From NCBI GenBank assembly GCA_001830425.1, contig MIAA01000014.1:13891-77890 (forward strand): DNA of 64,000 bases, given 5' to 3'. Position 1 is the first letter of the stretch, and each line of letters starts with the position of its first letter. Position numbers and translations under genes: made by a program. Positions 15,840 to 28,616 of the stretch are shown piece after piece. The notes under the pieces are model-generated. The model saw only the letters and a list, made by a program, of their open reading frames with translations. It searched no databases and had not been told where the DNA came from. This DNA is from Rhodospirillales bacterium RIFCSPLOWO2_02_FULL_58_16. GTDB lineage: Bacteria; Pseudomonadota; Alphaproteobacteria; Rhodospirillales; 2-02-FULL-58-16.

Positions 15840-17105
15840 ATGAGCAAATCATCCGGCAGCGATTCGAAGAATACCCTTTACTGCTCCTTCTGCGGAAAGA
15901 GTCAGCATGAGGTCCGCAAACTGATTGCCGGGCCGACCGTGTTCATCTGTGATGAATGCGTCGAACTTTGCATGGACATTATCCGCGAGGAACACAAGGG
16001 CAGCCTGACCAAGGCAAGCGACGGCGTTCCCGCTCCGCGTGAAATTTATTCCGTTCTTGATGATTATGTAATCGGTCAGGACCACGCCAAGCGGGTGCTG
16101 GCCGTCGCCGTCCATAATCACTACAAGCGGATCAGCCACAGCACCAAGAAAAACGACGTGGAGCTGGCCAAGTCCAATATCCTGCTTATCGGGCCGACCG
16201 GCTGCGGCAAGACATTGCTGGCGCAGACCTTGGCCCGCATCCTTGATGTTCCCTTTACCATGGCCGACGCCACGACCCTTACCGAGGCCGGTTATGTAGG
16301 CGAGGACGTGGAAAACATCATCCTCAAACTGCTTCAGTCGGCGGATTACAACGTCGAGAGGACCCAGCGCGGCATCGTTTATATCGACGAAGTGGACAAA
16401 ATATCGCGCAAGTCCGACAACCCGTCGATCACGCGGGACGTTTCCGGTGAGGGCGTCCAGCAGGCCTTGTTGAAAATCATGGAAGGCACGGTGGCCAGCG
16501 TGCCGCCCCAGGGCGGACGCAAACATCCTCAACAGGAATTCCTGCAAGTAGACACCACCAATATCCTGTTTATTTGCGGCGGCGCCTTTTCCGGCCTGGA
16601 CAAGATCATCACGGCGCGGGGCAAGGGCACCACCATCGGTTTCGGCGCGGATGTCCGCGCCGCCGACGAGCGCAGCACCGGCGATATCCTTTGCGATGTG
16701 GAACCCGAAGACCTTTTGAAGTTCGGGCTTATTCCCGAATTTGTCGGGCGCCTGCCGATCCTTGCCACCCTTGAAGACCTTGATGAAGAGGCGCTTGTGG
16801 AAATTCTGACCAAGCCCAAGAACGCGCTGGTAAAGCAGTATCAGCGCCTGTTCGAGATGGAGGATGTGCGCCTTACTTTCTCCGACGGCGCGTTGGACAC
16901 TATCGCCAGAAAGGCCGTCGTAAGAAAGACCGGCGCTCGCGGCCTGCGCTCGATCATGGAAAACATTTTGCTGGACACCATGTTCGATCTTCCGGCGTTC
17001 AAGGGCGTGGAAGAGGTCGTCATCAACCAGGAAGTTGCCGAAGATAACGCCAAGCCGCTCTATATCTATTCGGATCGGCGCGACAGCATGGAAACCAGCG
17101 CGTAG
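15840..17105 (+). CDS. clpX: ATP-dependent Clp protease ATP-binding subunit ClpX
   Basis: 421 aa. Zinc-finger CSFCGK...CDEC, Walker A GPTGCGKT, and the [10 protein letters not shown]-type box ([10 protein letters not shown]). Confidence 0.97.
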   Translation: MSKSSGSDSKNTLYCSFCGKSQHEVRKLIAGPTVFICDECVELCMDIIREEHKGSLTKASDGVPAPREIYSVLDDYVIGQDHAKRVLAVAVHNHYKRISHSTKKNDVELAKSNILLIGPTGCGKTLLAQTLARILDVPFTMADATTLTEAGYVGEDVENIILKLLQSADYNVERTQRGIVYIDEVDKISRKSDNPSITRDVSGEGVQQALLKIMEGTVASVPPQGGRKHPQQEFLQVDTTNILFICGGAFSGLDKIITARGKGTTIGFGADVRAADERSTGDILCDVEPEDLLKFGLIPEFVGRLPILATLEDLDEEALVEILTKPKNALVKQYQRLFEMEDVRLTFSDGALDTIARKAVVRKTGARGLRSIMENILLDTMFDLPAFKGVEEVVINQEVAEDNAKPLYIYSDRRDSMETSA

Positions 17106-17132
17106 CGTCATCACTGAAGAACAAGAGGTTTT

Positions 17133-19550
17133 ATGACTTTAATTCCCGGCGGCGAGCTTTACCCAGTTCTTCCATTGCGCGACATCGTGGTGTTCCCGCA
17201 CATGATCGTTCCCTTGTTCGTCGGGCGCGAGAAGTCGGTCAGCGCCCTTGAAGACGTAATGAAGGAAGACAAGCAAATCCTGCTGCTGGCCCAGAAAAAC
17301 GCCGCCCAGGACGATCCCTCCACGGATGATATTTATTCCGTCGGCACTGTTTCCACGGTGTTGCAACTGCTCAAGCTGCCTGACGGCACCGTCAAGGTGC
17401 TGGTCGAGGGCGGGCGGCGCGCCCGCGTCAATCATTACACCGACAACGAGGCTTTCTTCCAGGCCACGGCGACGCTGATCGAGGAAAAGGAAGCCGACCA
17501 CCGTGAACTGGTCGCCCTGTCCCGTTCCGTGGTCGCGCAGTTCGAGCAGTATATAAAGCTCAACAAGAAAATCCCTCCCGAGGCGCTGGTTTCAATCAAC
17601 CAGATCGAAGACGCAAGCAAGCTTGCCGATACGGTGGCTTCCCATTTGGCGCTGAAGATTTCGGAAAAACAGGAAGTTCTTGAAATCGAGTCAATCGTTG
17701 CGCGCCTTGAGAAAGTCTATTCCTATATGGAATCCGAAATCGGCGTTCTCCAGGTGGAAAAGAAGATACGCAACCGGGTCAAGCGGCAGATGGAAAAGAC
17801 CCAGCGCGAGTATTACCTGAATGAGCAACTCAAGGCGATTCAGAAGGAACTGGGCGAGACCGAAGACGGTCGTGACGAAACCCAGGAATTCGAAGATCGC
17901 ATCAAGGGAACCAAATTCAGCGCCGAGGCCCGCGATAAAGCCATGGCCGAACTGAAAAAGCTGCGTTCGATGAGTCCTATGTCAGCCGAATCAACGGTCG
18001 TTCGGAATTATCTGGAATGGATTCTCAGCATCCCCTGGAAGAAACGGAGCAGGGTCAACAAGGACATCAAACATGCCCATGAGATACTGGACGCCGACCA
18101 TTACGGCCTGGATAAGGTTAAGGAACGGATACTTGAATATTTAGCCGTTCAGCAGCGCACCAACAAGATCAAGGGACCGATACTCTGTCTGGTCGGACCT
18201 CCCGGCGTCGGCAAAACATCTCTCGGCAAGTCGATCGCCCGAGCGACGGGGCGCAACTTCGTGCGGATGTCGCTCGGCGGAGTGCGTGATGAGTCCGAAA
18301 TTCGCGGCCACCGGCGCACCTATATCGGCTCCATGCCCGGCAAGGTCATTCAAAGCATGAAGAAGGCCAAGGCTTCCAACCCGCTGTTTCTTCTCGACGA
18401 GGTGGACAAGATCGGCCAGGACTGGCGCGGAGACCCGGCCTCGGCGCTGCTGGAGGTTCTCGATCCGGAGCAGAATTCCGCCTTCAACGATCATTACCTG
18501 GAAGTGGATTACGACCTCTCCGACGTGATGTTTGTCACCACCGCCAACACCATGAATATCCCGATGCCCTTGCTTGACCGCATGGAGATCATCCGCATTT
18601 CCGGCTATACCGAGGATGAAAAGATCGAAATCGCCAAGCGCCATCTGATCAGCAAGCAGATGAAGCAGCACGGGCTGAAGGACAGCGAATGGTCGATCTC
18701 GGATTCCGCCTTGCGCGACATCATTCGCTATTACACCCGCGAGGCCGGCGTCAGAAATCTGGAGCGCGAAATCGCCGGTCTGACCCGCAAGGCAATCCGG
18801 CAGATACTGATGGGCGAGTGTAAAAGCATCGCGGTCACGCGGCGCAACCTGGGGAAATTCGCCGGCGTGCGCCGCTATCGTTTCGGCGAGATCGAGTTGG
18901 AAGACATGGTCGGCGTCACCACCGGGCTGGCGTGGACGGAAGTCGGCGGCGAACTGTTGTCAATCGAGGCGTTAATGGTGCCCGGCAAGGGCAAGATGAC
19001 CATCACCGGCAAGCTCGGCGACGTTATGCAGGAGTCTATCCAGGCCGCCAAGTCCTTCGTGCAGTCGCGTTCGCTGGCGTTCGGCGTCAAGCCGACGGTG
19101 TATCAAACCAATGACATCCACGTCCATGTTCCCGAAGGGGCGACCCCGAAAGACGGCCCTTCGGCCGGGGTCGGCATGGTGACCTCGATCGTTTCCGTCC
19201 TCACCGGCATTGCGGTTCGCCGGGATGTGGCGATGACCGGCGAGATCACCCTGCGGGGCAGGGTGCTTCCCATCGGAGGACTTAAGGAAAAAATGCTGGC
19301 GGCCCTGCGCGGCGGCATCAAAACGGTGTTGATCCCCAAGGATAATGAAAAGGACTTGGCCGAGATACCCGACAATGTGAAACGGGGCCTGGAAATCATC
19401 ACGGTTTCCAATGTGCAGGAAGTCCTTGAAAACGCGCTTGTTTCTCCTTTGGCGCCGATTGAGTGGGACGAAAAGGAAGAACTCAAGGCCGCTACCCTCG
19501 CCAAATCCCAGTCCGAAGAAGAAGACGCCGGCGGCATAATAAAACACTAA
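17133..19550 (+). CDS. lon: endopeptidase La (Lon protease)
   Basis: 805 aa. Walker [10 protein letters not shown]. Protease Ser motif PKDGPSAG. Confidence 0.97.
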   Translation: MTLIPGGELYPVLPLRDIVVFPHMIVPLFVGREKSVSALEDVMKEDKQILLLAQKNAAQDDPSTDDIYSVGTVSTVLQLLKLPDGTVKVLVEGGRRARVNHYTDNEAFFQATATLIEEKEADHRELVALSRSVVAQFEQYIKLNKKIPPEALVSINQIEDASKLADTVASHLALKISEKQEVLEIESIVARLEKVYSYMESEIGVLQVEKKIRNRVKRQMEKTQREYYLNEQLKAIQKELGETEDGRDETQEFEDRIKGTKFSAEARDKAMAELKKLRSMSPMSAESTVVRNYLEWILSIPWKKRSRVNKDIKHAHEILDADHYGLDKVKERILEYLAVQQRTNKIKGPILCLVGPPGVGKTSLGKSIARATGRNFVRMSLGGVRDESEIRGHRRTYIGSMPGKVIQSMKKAKASNPLFLLDEVDKIGQDWRGDPASALLEVLDPEQNSAFNDHYLEVDYDLSDVMFVTTANTMNIPMPLLDRMEIIRISGYTEDEKIEIAKRHLISKQMKQHGLKDSEWSISDSALRDIIRYYTREAGVRNLEREIAGLTRKAIRQILMGECKSIAVTRRNLGKFAGVRRYRFGEIELEDMVGVTTGLAWTEVGGELLSIEALMVPGKGKMTITGKLGDVMQESIQAAKSFVQSRSLAFGVKPTVYQTNDIHVHVPEGATPKDGPSAGVGMVTSIVSVLTGIAVRRDVAMTGEITLRGRVLPIGGLKEKMLAALRGGIKTVLIPKDNEKDLAEIPDNVKRGLEIITVSNVQEVLENALVSPLAPIEWDEKEELKAATLAKSQSEEEDAGGIIKH

Positions 19551-19680
19551 GGCTATGATCGGATCGCTATCAAAATCCCCTAAATAATTGTGGATAACAG
19601 GAGTTCTCCGATTGACGCTCTTGCCGGCGGCGATTTAGACTTCGCGCCATAACTTAATAAATCAGAGGGGGGACCAAGAC

Positions 19681-19953
19681 TTGAATAAAAGCGATCTCGT
19701 TGCCGCCGTCGCCGACAGCGCCGGCCTGTCGAAGTCCGATGCAGCGAAGGCCGTTGATGGTGTTTTTGACGCCATCACCAAATCTCTCAAGCATGGAAAA
19801 AAAGCCTGCTTTGTAGGTTTCGGCACTTTCAGCGTGACGAAACGCGCCGCAAGCAAGGGGCGTAATCCGCGCACCGGCGCCGCCATCAACATCCCGGCCA
19901 GGAAACAGCCTAAGTTCAAGGCGGGCAAGGGATTGAAGGACGCCGTAAACTAA
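19681..19953 (+). CDS. hup: DNA-binding protein HU
   Basis: 90 aa, TTG start. MNKSDLVAAVA...GFGTFSVTKRAASKGRNPRTGAAINIPA. Confidence 0.93.
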   Translation: MNKSDLVAAVADSAGLSKSDAAKAVDGVFDAITKSLKHGKKACFVGFGTFSVTKRAASKGRNPRTGAAINIPARKQPKFKAGKGLKDAVN

Positions 19954-20030
19954 GTTGCCGTTCTACAATCGGCGTCAATAGCCTTTCCGGGGGGCGGCGT
20001 TTGTTCGGGCGCCGTCCGTTCGGGATTCCG

Positions 20031-20106
20031 GGGCGGTTAGCTCAGCTGGAAGAGCGTCACGTTTACACCGTGAATGTCGGCGGTTCGATCCCGTCACCGC
20101 CCACCA
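20031..20106 (+). tRNA. tRNA-Val (anticodon TAC)
   Basis: Manual fold. Acceptor GGGCGGT/ACCGCCC, anticodon stem TCACG/CGTGA with loop TT-TAC-AC, T-loop TTCGATC, encoded CCA. Confidence 0.9.
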
Positions 20107-20140
20107 TTCCTTGCTGCTTGATCATGCTTGTGACCCCATC

Positions 20141-20431
20141 TTATGCTGCGTCGTGCAGGGCCTCAGACACCGTATCGGGCATACGGGCAATAACACGCAG
20201 ATAGCTTTGTGTGGCGGCGTCCGGCGCCCGTCGCCCCTGCTCCCAATCCCGAAGCGTGGCAGCAGGAATGCCGAAGCGCTTGGCGAAGGCGTTTTGCGAC
20301 AAGCCGGTGACGGCGCGGGCGCGGCGCGCCAACATGGCCCCATGACCGCGCTCGAACTCGGCATCGGTCAGGGGGAAATCCGCATTCGGATCATCGCGGC
20401 GTTTTATTGTAGCGGTGCTTTTCTTTGTCAT
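20141..20431 (-). CDS. brnA: BrnA-like / XRE-HTH antitoxin (second copy)
   Basis: 96 aa. TGLSQNAFAKRFGIPAATLRDWEQGRRAPDAATQSYL is paralogous to 13109..13441. It overlaps the upstream toxin by 41 nt. Confidence 0.8.
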   Translation of the reverse strand: MTKKSTATIKRRDDPNADFPLTDAEFERGHGAMLARRARAVTGLSQNAFAKRFGIPAATLRDWEQGRRAPDAATQSYLRVIARMPDTVSEALHDAA

Positions 20432-20666
20432 TGGCTTTCCTTACGCTGATTATGCGGCACACCCTGTCGCGCTGGGTAAATACGCAGACCCAAACCCGGC
20501 CATCGACCATCCCGTAGGAAACGAATCGCTCTTCGGAATAGTCGAACCGCACATCCAGAATGTCCAATCGCCGAGTGTCGGCCAGAATCCTGGCGCCGAA
20601 GGTCAGAGAAATCCCGTGCCTTCCCCGGTTGACCGCATCCTTGCTGGGGTCAAAATCGATCTGCAT
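20391..20666 (-). CDS. brnT: BrnT-family (DUF497) toxin (second copy)
   Basis: 91 aa. DFDPSKD...HGISL...DYSEERF...VCVFTQRD...RIISVRKANDKE. Confidence 0.85.
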   Translation of the reverse strand: MQIDFDPSKDAVNRGRHGISLTFGARILADTRRLDILDVRFDYSEERFVSYGMVDGRVWVCVFTQRDRVCRIISVRKANDKEKHRYNKTPR

Positions 20667-20801
20667 AGCATGGATTATACGGCAATACCGTATAGCACTG
20701 CAAGCGCCAACTCGCTCCTTGTCGATTGCCTTGGGGCGGATGTCTTGACACCTGTCATGGCACTAGATTACATCATCCCGAGAATCAGACCGGATTTCGA
20801 T

Positions 20802-20878
<77 letters not shown>

Positions 20879-20922
20879 TCTTCTCCGCGCCAGACAAGGG
20901 ATTCAGAACCGGGAACGGCCTT

Positions 20923-21288
20923 ATGGATGTGATGCTTCAGCAATATTTCCCGATATTGGTATTTCTCGGCATCGCCGTCGCCATCGCCATAGCGGCGGTG
21001 GGAGCGTCTTATCTGATTGCCCGCCAGCTTCCGGACATCGAGAAGAACTCGGCCTATGAGTGCGGTTTCGAGCCGTTCGAGGATTCCCGGCAGAAGTTTG
21101 ATGTACGGTTTTATCTGGTGGCTATTTTGTTTATTATCTTTGATCTTGAAGTGGCTTTCCTGTTTCCGTGGGCGATATCGCTGGGGAAAATAGGCGTTTT
21201 CGGCTTCTGGTCGATGATGATTTTCCTTGGGGTTCTCACCATCGGCTTCATCTACGAATGGAAAAAGGGAGCCTTGGAGTGGGAGTAA
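20923..21288 (+). CDS. nuoA: NADH-quinone oxidoreductase subunit A
   Basis: 121 aa. [13 protein letters not shown]...[22 protein letters not shown]. Confidence 0.95.
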   Translation: MDVMLQQYFPILVFLGIAVAIAIAAVGASYLIARQLPDIEKNSAYECGFEPFEDSRQKFDVRFYLVAILFIIFDLEVAFLFPWAISLGKIGVFGFWSMMIFLGVLTIGFIYEWKKGALEWE

Positions 21289-21821
21289 TATCCGAAGCCG
21301 CCGCGCCGCTTTCTTCCGGGAGCGACCAGGACCTCTTGTTGAACAGGATCGCCGGTGAATTAGGCGACAAGGGGTTTGTCACCGCAAGTCTGGATGGCCT
21401 GGTCAACTGGGTGCGCACCGGATCGTTGTGGCCGATGACCTTCGGCCTCGCTTGCTGCGCTGTGGAAATGATGCACGCCGCCGTCAGCCGTTATGACATG
21501 GATCGCTTCGGGGTCGTCTTCAGGCCCAGTCCGCGCCAGTCGGATGTCATCATTGTCGCCGGCACGCTGACCAACAAGATGGCGCCGGCCTTACGCAAGG
21601 TCTATGACCAGATGGCCGAGCCGCGCTATGTGATTTCCATGGGTTCGTGCGCCAACGGCGGCGGCTATTACCATTACTCATATTCCGTGGTCAGGGGTTG
21701 CGACCGGATCGTGCCGGTGGATGTCTATGTTCCCGGCTGTCCGCCGACGGCGGAAGCGTTGATTTACGGGATCATGCAGTTGCAGAAGAAAATAAAAGGG
21801 ACCGGCGCGCTTTTTCGCTGA
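21279..21821 (+). CDS. nuoB: NADH-quinone oxidoreductase subunit B
   Basis: [11 protein letters not shown]...[10 protein letters not shown]...PGCPP. I propose a GTG start at 21279 after GGGAG. The ORF-track start at 21168 lies inside nuoA. Confidence 0.9.
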   Translation: MGVISEAAAPLSSGSDQDLLLNRIAGELGDKGFVTASLDGLVNWVRTGSLWPMTFGLACCAVEMMHAAVSRYDMDRFGVVFRPSPRQSDVIIVAGTLTNKMAPALRKVYDQMAEPRYVISMGSCANGGGYYHYSYSVVRGCDRIVPVDVYVPGCPPTAEALIYGIMQLQKKIKGTGALFR

Positions 21822-21867
21822 CAAATAACAATAACTATAATAATGCCGACCCGAGACAGGGGGGGGG

Positions 21868-22476
21868 ATGGATCAGGCACTCAAGGATCTCGATGAATTT
21901 ATCGCAGGCGCGCTTTCCAAGGAAGTGGTGCGCTCCGAGATCGTCAACAACGAACTGATCGTGCTGGTGCGCGCAGAGAAGATCGTCAAAGTCCTGACTT
22001 TCCTGCGCGATGACGTCAACTGCCAATTCAAGCAGTTGATGGACCTTTGCGGCGTCGATTATCCTGAACGCGAGGAACGCTTCGAGGTGGTCTATAATCT
22101 GCTCAGCCTGACCCATAACCGCCGCCTGCGCATCAAGATTCAAATCGCCGACGGCGTCCCGGCGCCTTCGGTCAGCGGCGTGTTCAGCTCCGCCAATTGG
22201 TTTGAGCGCGAGGCGTGGGATCTCTTCGGCATCTATTTCTCCGAGCATCCTGATCTTCGCCGCATCCTTACCGACTACGGCTTTGAGGGTCATCCGTTAC
22301 GCAAGGATTTCCCCCTCAGCGGCTATGTGGAGGTGCGCTACGACGACGAGAAGAAGCGGGTGGCGTACGAGCCGGTCAAGATGACCCAGGAATTACGCAA
22401 TTTTGATTTCCTCAGTCCCTGGGAGGGGGCCAAGGCGGAGCTTCCCGTCGGCAAGAAGGCGGAAGGGCAAGCCTGA
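21868..22476 (+). CDS. nuoC: NADH-quinone oxidoreductase subunit C
   Basis: 202 aa. [42 protein letters not shown]. Confidence 0.95.
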   Translation: MDQALKDLDEFIAGALSKEVVRSEIVNNELIVLVRAEKIVKVLTFLRDDVNCQFKQLMDLCGVDYPEREERFEVVYNLLSLTHNRRLRIKIQIADGVPAPSVSGVFSSANWFEREAWDLFGIYFSEHPDLRRILTDYGFEGHPLRKDFPLSGYVEVRYDDEKKRVAYEPVKMTQELRNFDFLSPWEGAKAELPVGKKAEGQA

Positions 22477-23654
22477 TGGCCGGCGTCGATATCAAGAACT
22501 ATACCCTTAACTTCGGGCCGCAGCATCCGGCGGCCCATGGAGTTCTGCGGTTGGTGCTGGAGATGGACGGCGAGGTCGTTGAGCGGGCCGACCCTCATAT
22601 CGGCCTTCTGCATCGCGGCACCGAGAAACTTATCGAGAGCAAGACCTACGTTCGGGCGGTTCCTTATTTCGACCGCCTTGATTATGTCTCGCCGCAAAAT
22701 CAGGAACACGCCTACGCCCTGGCCGTCGAGAAGCTGCTGGGCATCGAGGCGCCGCCCAGGGGACAGTACATCCGGGTGCTTTACGCCGAGATCGGACGCC
22801 TGCTCAATCACATCTTCACCGTTTGCGCCTACGCCATGGATATCGGCGCCATGACGCCGATGCTCTGGGGCTTCGAGGAGCGCGAGCGCCTGATGGAGTT
22901 CTGCGAACGGGTAAGCGGCGCCCGCATGCATATGGCCTATTTCCGGCCCGGCGGCGTCGCTTTCGACATGCCTGACGGGCTGGCCGAGGATATCGCTGCC
23001 TGGTGTGAGCGCTTCCCTAAAGTGATGGATGATATTGAATCCCTGCTTACCGAAAACCGCATCTTCAAGCAGCGCTCCGTTGATATCGGCGCCGTCACCG
23101 CCGAGCAGGCTCTTGATTGGGGATTCAGCGGCCCCAATCTGCGCGCCGCCGGCGTTCCCTGGGACTTGCGTAAGTCTCAGCCCTACGACGTATATGAAAA
23201 GATGGATTTTGACATCGCCGTCGGAACTCACGGCGACTGCTATGATCGTTATCTGGTGCGCCTTCTGGAAATCCGCGAGAGCATCAAGATCGTCAAGCAG
23301 TGCCTGGAAAAGATGCCGTCCGGGCCGGTCAAGACGGATAACCGCAAGATTTCGCCGCCGCCGCGCGCCGAGATGAAAACCTCCATGGAATCGATGATCC
23401 ATCACTTCAAGCTGTCCTCTGAGGGCTATCATGTGCAAAAAGGCGAAACCTATACCGCCGTCGAGGCGCCCAAGGGCGAGTTCGCCGTTTATCTGATTTC
23501 CGACGGCTCCAACCGCCCGTACCGCTGTAAAATACGCACTCCGGGGTTCGCCCACTTGCAGAGCATGGATATGCTTTCAAAAGGCCATATGCTGGCCGAT
23601 GTGGTCGCCAACCTCGGCTCGCTTGACATTGTTTTCGGCGAGGTTGACCGATGA
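22476..23654 (+). CDS. nuoD: NADH-quinone oxidoreductase subunit D
   Basis: 392 aa. [15 protein letters not shown]...HRGTEKL...DIVFGEVDR. Confidence 0.97.
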   Translation: MAGVDIKNYTLNFGPQHPAAHGVLRLVLEMDGEVVERADPHIGLLHRGTEKLIESKTYVRAVPYFDRLDYVSPQNQEHAYALAVEKLLGIEAPPRGQYIRVLYAEIGRLLNHIFTVCAYAMDIGAMTPMLWGFEERERLMEFCERVSGARMHMAYFRPGGVAFDMPDGLAEDIAAWCERFPKVMDDIESLLTENRIFKQRSVDIGAVTAEQALDWGFSGPNLRAAGVPWDLRKSQPYDVYEKMDFDIAVGTHGDCYDRYLVRLLEIRESIKIVKQCLEKMPSGPVKTDNRKISPPPRAEMKTSMESMIHHFKLSSEGYHVQKGETYTAVEAPKGEFAVYLISDGSNRPYRCKIRTPGFAHLQSMDMLSKGHMLADVVANLGSLDIVFGEVDR

Positions 23655-24229
23655 GAGATATCAAACAGCCCGCCGGCTTCGCCTTCACCGAGGAAAACGT
23701 CAAAAAGGCCGACGAGTATGTAGCCAAGTACCCGAAAGGCCGTCAGGCCAGCGCGGTCATGCCGCTGCTTTACCTTGCACAGCGCCAGAACGATAACTGG
23801 TTGCCGCCGGCGGCTATGGATTACGTCGCCGAATTCCTCGGCATGGAGCCGATCCGCGTCTACGAGATCGCCAACTTCTACACCATGTACAATCTCAAGC
23901 CGGTGGGCCGTTACCATATTCAGGTATGCACCAGCATCTGCTGCATGTTGCGCGGCTCCGACGATATTGTCGCCTCGTGCAAAAAGGTGACGGGGGTTGA
24001 ATTCGGCGGAACCTCCGACGACGGCATGTTCACCTTGAGCGAGATGGAATGCCTCGGCGCCTGCGTCAACGCGCCGATGATGCAGATCAACGATGATTGC
24101 TACGAGGATTTGGACCAGGGCAGCGCCGAGTCCGTTCTCAATACGCTGAGAATCGGCGGCGCTCCGAAGGTCGGGCCGCAGAGCGCCCGCAAGGGAAGCG
24201 AACCCGGCCCCCTGAAGGGGAAGGGGTGA
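23651..24229 (+). CDS. nuoE: NADH-quinone oxidoreductase subunit E
   Basis: 192 aa. 2Fe-2S motif [10 protein letters not shown]...[10 protein letters not shown]. Confidence 0.95.
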   Translation: MRDIKQPAGFAFTEENVKKADEYVAKYPKGRQASAVMPLLYLAQRQNDNWLPPAAMDYVAEFLGMEPIRVYEIANFYTMYNLKPVGRYHIQVCTSICCMLRGSDDIVASCKKVTGVEFGGTSDDGMFTLSEMECLGACVNAPMMQINDDCYEDLDQGSAESVLNTLRIGGAPKVGPQSARKGSEPGPLKGKG

Positions 24230-24233
24230 TTTG

Positions 24234-25523
24234 ATGCTGAAAGACAAGGATCGCATCTTCACCAATATCTACGGCTTCGAGGACATCGGCCTGACCGGCG
24301 CCCGCTCTCGCGGAACTTGGGACGGAACCAGGGAGATCATGGCCAAGGGCCGCGACTGGATGGTCAATGAGGTCAAGGTGTCCGGCCTTCGCGGTCGCGG
24401 CGGCGCCGGTTTCAGCACAGGCATGAAATGGTCGTTCATGCCCAAGGAAATCGGCGAGCGCCCCCATTACCTTGTGATCAACGCCGATGAGAGCGAACCC
24501 GGCACCTGCAAGGACCGGGAAATCCTTCGTCATGAGCCTCACAAGCTGGTGGAAGGCGCTCTACTGGCCGCTTTCGCCATGGGCGCTCACGTTGCCTACA
24601 TCTATGTGCGCGGCGAGTTTTGCCGTGAAGCCGAAGTCTTGCAGCGGGCTATTGACGAAGCCCGCGAGGCCGGTCTTATCGGCAACAACGCCTGCGGGTC
24701 GGGTTGGGATTTCGAGCTGCATATCCATCGCGGCATGGGCGCCTATGTTTGCGGCGAAGAGGGGGCGCTTCTTCAGAGCCTGGAAGGCAAAAAAGGCCAG
24801 CCCCGGATGAAGCCGCCGTTCCCCGCCAATGTCGGCGTCTACGGCTGTCCGACTACGGTCAACAACGTCGAGTCGATCGCCGTTACCCCTGATATAATGC
24901 GTCGGGGCGCCGCCTGGTTCGCCGCGCTGGGGCGTCCCAACAACACCGGCATCAAGCTGTTTTGCATCTCCGGTCACGTCAATAATCCGTGTACCGTCGA
25001 AGAAGAGATGAGCATTCCCTTGAAGGAACTGATTGAAAGACACTGCGGCGGGGTGCGCGGCGGCTGGAATAACCTGATGGCGGTAATCCCCGGCGGCAGC
25101 TCGACGCCGAATATCACCAAGGAGGTGTGCGACACCGTGCTGATGGACTTTGATTCGCTGAAAGAGGCCAAGACCGGCCTCGGCACGGCGGCGGTGATCG
25201 TCATGGACAAGTCCACCGATATTTGCCGCGTAATCGCCCGTCTCTCCAAGTTCTACGCTCATGAAAGCTGCGGCCAATGCACGCCGTGCCGCGAGGGAAC
25301 CGGATGGATGGCGCGAATGATGGCGCGGATAGCCGTGGGCAACGCCGCCATCGACGAAATCGATCTGCTTGAGAAGGTCTCCCGCCAGATTGAGGGACAC
25401 ACCATCTGCGCCCTCGGCGATGCGTCGGCGTGGCCGATTCAAGGGCTGATCCGCAATTTCCGTCCTGAAATCGAGAAACGCATAAAAGAATACCAGGCGG
25501 CGCAAGCCGTCCAGGCGGCCTAG
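24234..25523 (+). CDS. nuoF: NADH-quinone oxidoreductase subunit F
   Basis: [14 protein letters not shown], and [15 protein letters not shown] 24234 is preferred over TTG 24231. Confidence 0.96.
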   Translation: MLKDKDRIFTNIYGFEDIGLTGARSRGTWDGTREIMAKGRDWMVNEVKVSGLRGRGGAGFSTGMKWSFMPKEIGERPHYLVINADESEPGTCKDREILRHEPHKLVEGALLAAFAMGAHVAYIYVRGEFCREAEVLQRAIDEAREAGLIGNNACGSGWDFELHIHRGMGAYVCGEEGALLQSLEGKKGQPRMKPPFPANVGVYGCPTTVNNVESIAVTPDIMRRGAAWFAALGRPNNTGIKLFCISGHVNNPCTVEEEMSIPLKELIERHCGGVRGGWNNLMAVIPGGSSTPNITKEVCDTVLMDFDSLKEAKTGLGTAAVIVMDKSTDICRVIARLSKFYAHESCGQCTPCREGTGWMARMMARIAVGNAAIDEIDLLEKVSRQIEGHTICALGDASAWPIQGLIRNFRPEIEKRIKEYQAAQAVQAA

Positions 25524-25534
25524 AGGTTTTACAG

Positions 25535-27595
25535 ATGCCTAAACTGACTATTGACGGCAGGGAAATCGAAGTCGCGGCCGGCCTGACGGTGATGCAGGCC
25601 TGCGACCAGATCGGCATTGAGCTTCCCCGCTTCTGCTACCATGAGCGCCTGTCGATCTCCGGCAACTGCCGCATGTGTCTGGTGGAGATGGAGAGGGCGC
25701 CGAGGGCGATTGCCGCCTGCGCCATGCCTGTGGGCGACGGCATGGTGATTCATACCAACACCGAGAAGGTCAAGAATATGCGCCGGGCGGTGCTGGAGTT
25801 CCTGCTTATCAACCACCCCCTTGACTGCCCGGTCTGTGATCAGGGCGGCGAGTGCGATCTTCAGGATATTACCGTCAATTACGGCATGGATCGCGGTCGC
25901 TTCCGGGAGAAAAAGCGGGCGGTGCGGGAAAAGAACTACGGCCCGCTGATCAAGCCGACGATGACCCGCTGCATCCATTGCACCCGCTGTATCCGTTTCT
26001 GTAGGGAAGTGGCCGGGGTTCCCGAACTGGGAGGGATCGGTCGCGGCGAACGCATGGAAGTGGGAACATATGTGGAAAAGGTGCTTAGTTCCGAGCTTTC
26101 CGGCAATATTATCGACCTGTGTCCGGTCGGGGCGCTGACCTCCAGACCCTATTCCTTCGCCGCCCGCCCCTGGGAGTTGAAGAAGACCGAATCTGTTGAC
26201 GTGATGGACGCCGTCGGCAGCAATATCCGCGTTGACAGTCGTGGTCCGGCGGTGATGCGGGTGCTGCCCAGGATCAATGAGGATATCAACGAGGAATGGA
26301 TTTCCGACAAGACCCGCTTTGCTTATGACGGCCTCAAGCGTCAACGTCTCGACACCCCTTATGTCCGGAAAAACGGCAAGCTGACGCCCGCGACCTGGGA
26401 CGAGGCCCTCGCCGCCGTCGCCAAGGGCCTCAAGGGCCTCAAGGCCGGGGAGATCGCCGCCATCGCCGGCGACATGGCCGATGGCGAGTCAATGACGGCG
26501 CTGAAGGATTTGCTGGACTCGCCCAACATTGACTGCCGTCAGGACGGTGCCGCCCTGGATGGATCGAGGCGCGTCGGCTATATCTTCAACACCACCATCG
26601 CCGGCATCGAACAGGCCGGCGCCTGCCTGCTTATCGGAACCAATCCCCGCCTTGAAGCGCCGATCATCAACGCCCGCATCAGAAAACGCTCCAGGAAGGG
26701 CGGATTCGCCATTGCATCGGTTGGGCCTGATGTTGATTTAACGTATAAATACAAACACTTGGGCAACGACACTAATGTTTTGAATGAGATTGCCTCCGGT
26801 TCTCACCTCTTTGCCGAAGCGCTGAAAAAAGCCGTCCGCCCGATGCTGATCGTCGGCATGGGGGCGCTGACCAGGCCCGACGGCGGGGCCGTCCTGTCGG
26901 CGGCGCGCAAGATCGCCGAGGATTGCGGCATGATCCGCGACAACGGCGGCTGGAACGGCTTCAACATTCTGCACACGGCGGCGGCGCGGGTCGGCGGCCT
27001 TGATCTCGGCTTCCTGCCGGGCAAGGGCGGACTGGATGCCGCCGGCATTATCGACGGCGCCGCCAACGGCGTGGTGAAGGCGGTCTATCTGCTGGGCGCC
27101 GATGAAATCGACATGAGCCGTCTGGGCGACGCTTTCGTTATTTATCAGGGGCATCACGGCGACGCCGGAGCCTCGCGGGCCGATGTAATTCTTCCCGGCG
27201 CCGCCTACACCGAGAAGAACGCCACCTACGTCAACACCGAGGGCAGGGTGCAGCGGACGAGCCTTGCCGTTTTCCCGCCCGGCGAAGCGCGTGAAGACTG
27301 GAAAATCATCCGGGCGCTGTCCGAAGTTCTCGGCAAAACGCTTCCCTTTGACACCCTTTCGCAGGTGCGCGAGCGGATGGCCGAGGTAAATCCCGTCTTT
27401 GCCGCCCTGAATGAGACCAAGCCGGCGGCCTGGGGCGCTTTCGGCGGGGACGGCAAGCTTGACGCCGCGCCTTTCGTATCGCCCATTGTCAATTTTTACA
27501 TGACCGATCCCATAAGCAGAGCGTCAGCCACCATGGCCGCCTGCACCGATGTGTTCGCAGCGTCTAAACGCGGAAAGACCGGAACCGATGGCTGA
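25535..27595 (+). CDS. nuoG: NADH-quinone oxidoreductase subunit G
   Basis: 686 aa. N-terminal 2Fe-2S/4Fe-4S motifs ([46 protein letters not shown]). Confidence 0.96.
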   Translation: MPKLTIDGREIEVAAGLTVMQACDQIGIELPRFCYHERLSISGNCRMCLVEMERAPRAIAACAMPVGDGMVIHTNTEKVKNMRRAVLEFLLINHPLDCPVCDQGGECDLQDITVNYGMDRGRFREKKRAVREKNYGPLIKPTMTRCIHCTRCIRFCREVAGVPELGGIGRGERMEVGTYVEKVLSSELSGNIIDLCPVGALTSRPYSFAARPWELKKTESVDVMDAVGSNIRVDSRGPAVMRVLPRINEDINEEWISDKTRFAYDGLKRQRLDTPYVRKNGKLTPATWDEALAAVAKGLKGLKAGEIAAIAGDMADGESMTALKDLLDSPNIDCRQDGAALDGSRRVGYIFNTTIAGIEQAGACLLIGTNPRLEAPIINARIRKRSRKGGFAIASVGPDVDLTYKYKHLGNDTNVLNEIASGSHLFAEALKKAVRPMLIVGMGALTRPDGGAVLSAARKIAEDCGMIRDNGGWNGFNILHTAAARVGGLDLGFLPGKGGLDAAGIIDGAANGVVKAVYLLGADEIDMSRLGDAFVIYQGHHGDAGASRADVILPGAAYTEKNATYVNTEGRVQRTSLAVFPPGEAREDWKIIRALSEVLGKTLPFDTLSQVRERMAEVNPVFAALNETKPAAWGAFGGDGKLDAAPFVSPIVNFYMTDPISRASATMAACTDVFAASKRGKTGTDG

Positions 27596-28616
27596 ACTTT
27601 GGGACGGATATATCTGGCCGACGCTGTGGATCGTCATCAAGATCCTCGCCATCGTCGTGCCTCTGCTGATCGGGGTGGCTTATCTTACCTACGCCGAGCG
27701 CAAGGTGATCGGCGCCATGCAGCTTCGCCGGGGGCCGAACGTGGTCGGGCCGTTCGGCCTTCTTCAGCCGCTGGCCGACGGCGTCAAGCTGCTGCTGAAA
27801 GAGACCATAATTCCGTCCCGGTCCAACCCCGCCATCTTTATTCTGGCCCCGGCCATAACCTTTGTTTTGTCGCTGGTGGCGTGGGCGGTGGTTCCTTTCG
27901 GCGAGGGGATGGTGCTGGCCGATATCAATGTCGGCATTCTCTATCTTTTCGCCATTTCGTCGCTCAGCGTTTACGGCATTATGATGGCCGGTTGGGCCAG
28001 TAACTCACGCTATGCTTTCCTTGGGGCGCTGCGTTCGGCGGCGCAGATGGTTTCCTACGAGGTCGCCATGGGCTTCGTCATCGTTACCGTGCTGCTGTGC
28101 GCCGGTTCCATGAATCTCAGCGATATAGTCATGGCCCAGAAGGGTATGTGGTTCGTGATTCCGCTGTTTCCGATGGCGGTGATTTTCCTGATCTCGATCC
28201 TGGCCGAGACCAACCGTCACCCCTTTGATTTGCCGGAGGCCGAGGCCGAGTTGGTGGCCGGCTATAACGTCGAGTATTCGGCGATGACCTTCGCCCTGTT
28301 CTTCCTCGGCGAATATGCCTTCATGATCCTGATGTCGGCGATGACCGCCATTCTCTTCCTCGGCGGCTGGCTGCCGCCGTTTGACATGGCGCCGTTCACC
28401 TGGATACCCGGCCCGGCGTGGTTCGCCTTGAAGATCGCCTTTGTGCTGTTCGTTTTCCTGTGGGTGCGGGCCACCTTCCCGCGTTACCGCTATGACCAGT
28501 TGATGCGGCTGGGCTGGAAAGTCTTTCTGCCGCTGTCGCTGGCGGGAGTGGTGATCGTCGCCGGCGTTCTCGTCGCCTTCGGGTTGACGCCGGTGGCGGG
28601 TCAGGGGGGTATATGA
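27588..28616 (+). CDS. nuoH: NADH-quinone oxidoreductase subunit H
   Basis: [11 protein letters not shown]... with [16 protein letters not shown] and [25 protein letters not shown]. The start overlaps the nuoG end. Confidence 0.94.
   Translation: MAELWDGYIWPTLWIVIKILAIVVPLLIGVAYLTYAERKVIGAMQLRRGPNVVGPFGLLQPLADGVKLLLKETIIPSRSNPAIFILAPAITFVLSLVAWAVVPFGEGMVLADINVGILYLFAISSLSVYGIMMAGWASNSRYAFLGALRSAAQMVSYEVAMGFVIVTVLLCAGSMNLSDIVMAQKGMWFVIPLFPMAVIFLISILAETNRHPFDLPEAEAELVAGYNVEYSAMTFALFFLGEYAFMILMSAMTAILFLGGWLPPFDMAPFTWIPGPAWFALKIAFVLFVFLWVRATFPRYRYDQLMRLGWKVFLPLSLAGVVIVAGVLVAFGLTPVAGQGGI

Noticed and set aside
15849-17114. 421-aa minus-strand ORF exactly mirroring clpX
   Set aside because: It is a shadow ORF of a highly conserved gene, with no recognisable domains and no independent start context.
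21859-21867. G9 homopolymer immediately before the nuoC ATG, preceded by an AT-rich spacer; considered as a slipped-strand phase-variation tract
   Set aside because: It most simply serves as the Shine-Dalgarno region of nuoC. Phase variation of a core complex I subunit is implausible without population-level length polymorphism data.
22338-23555. 405-aa minus-strand ORF opposite nuoD. Similar long antisense ORFs lie opposite nuoF/nuoG (24561..25505, 25529..26344), dadA (3018..4208), hppA (56263..57117) and prk (61980..62780).
   Set aside because: All lie antisense to strongly supported genes in high-GC DNA, where stop codons are rare. Their compositions are Arg/Ala/Gly-biased.
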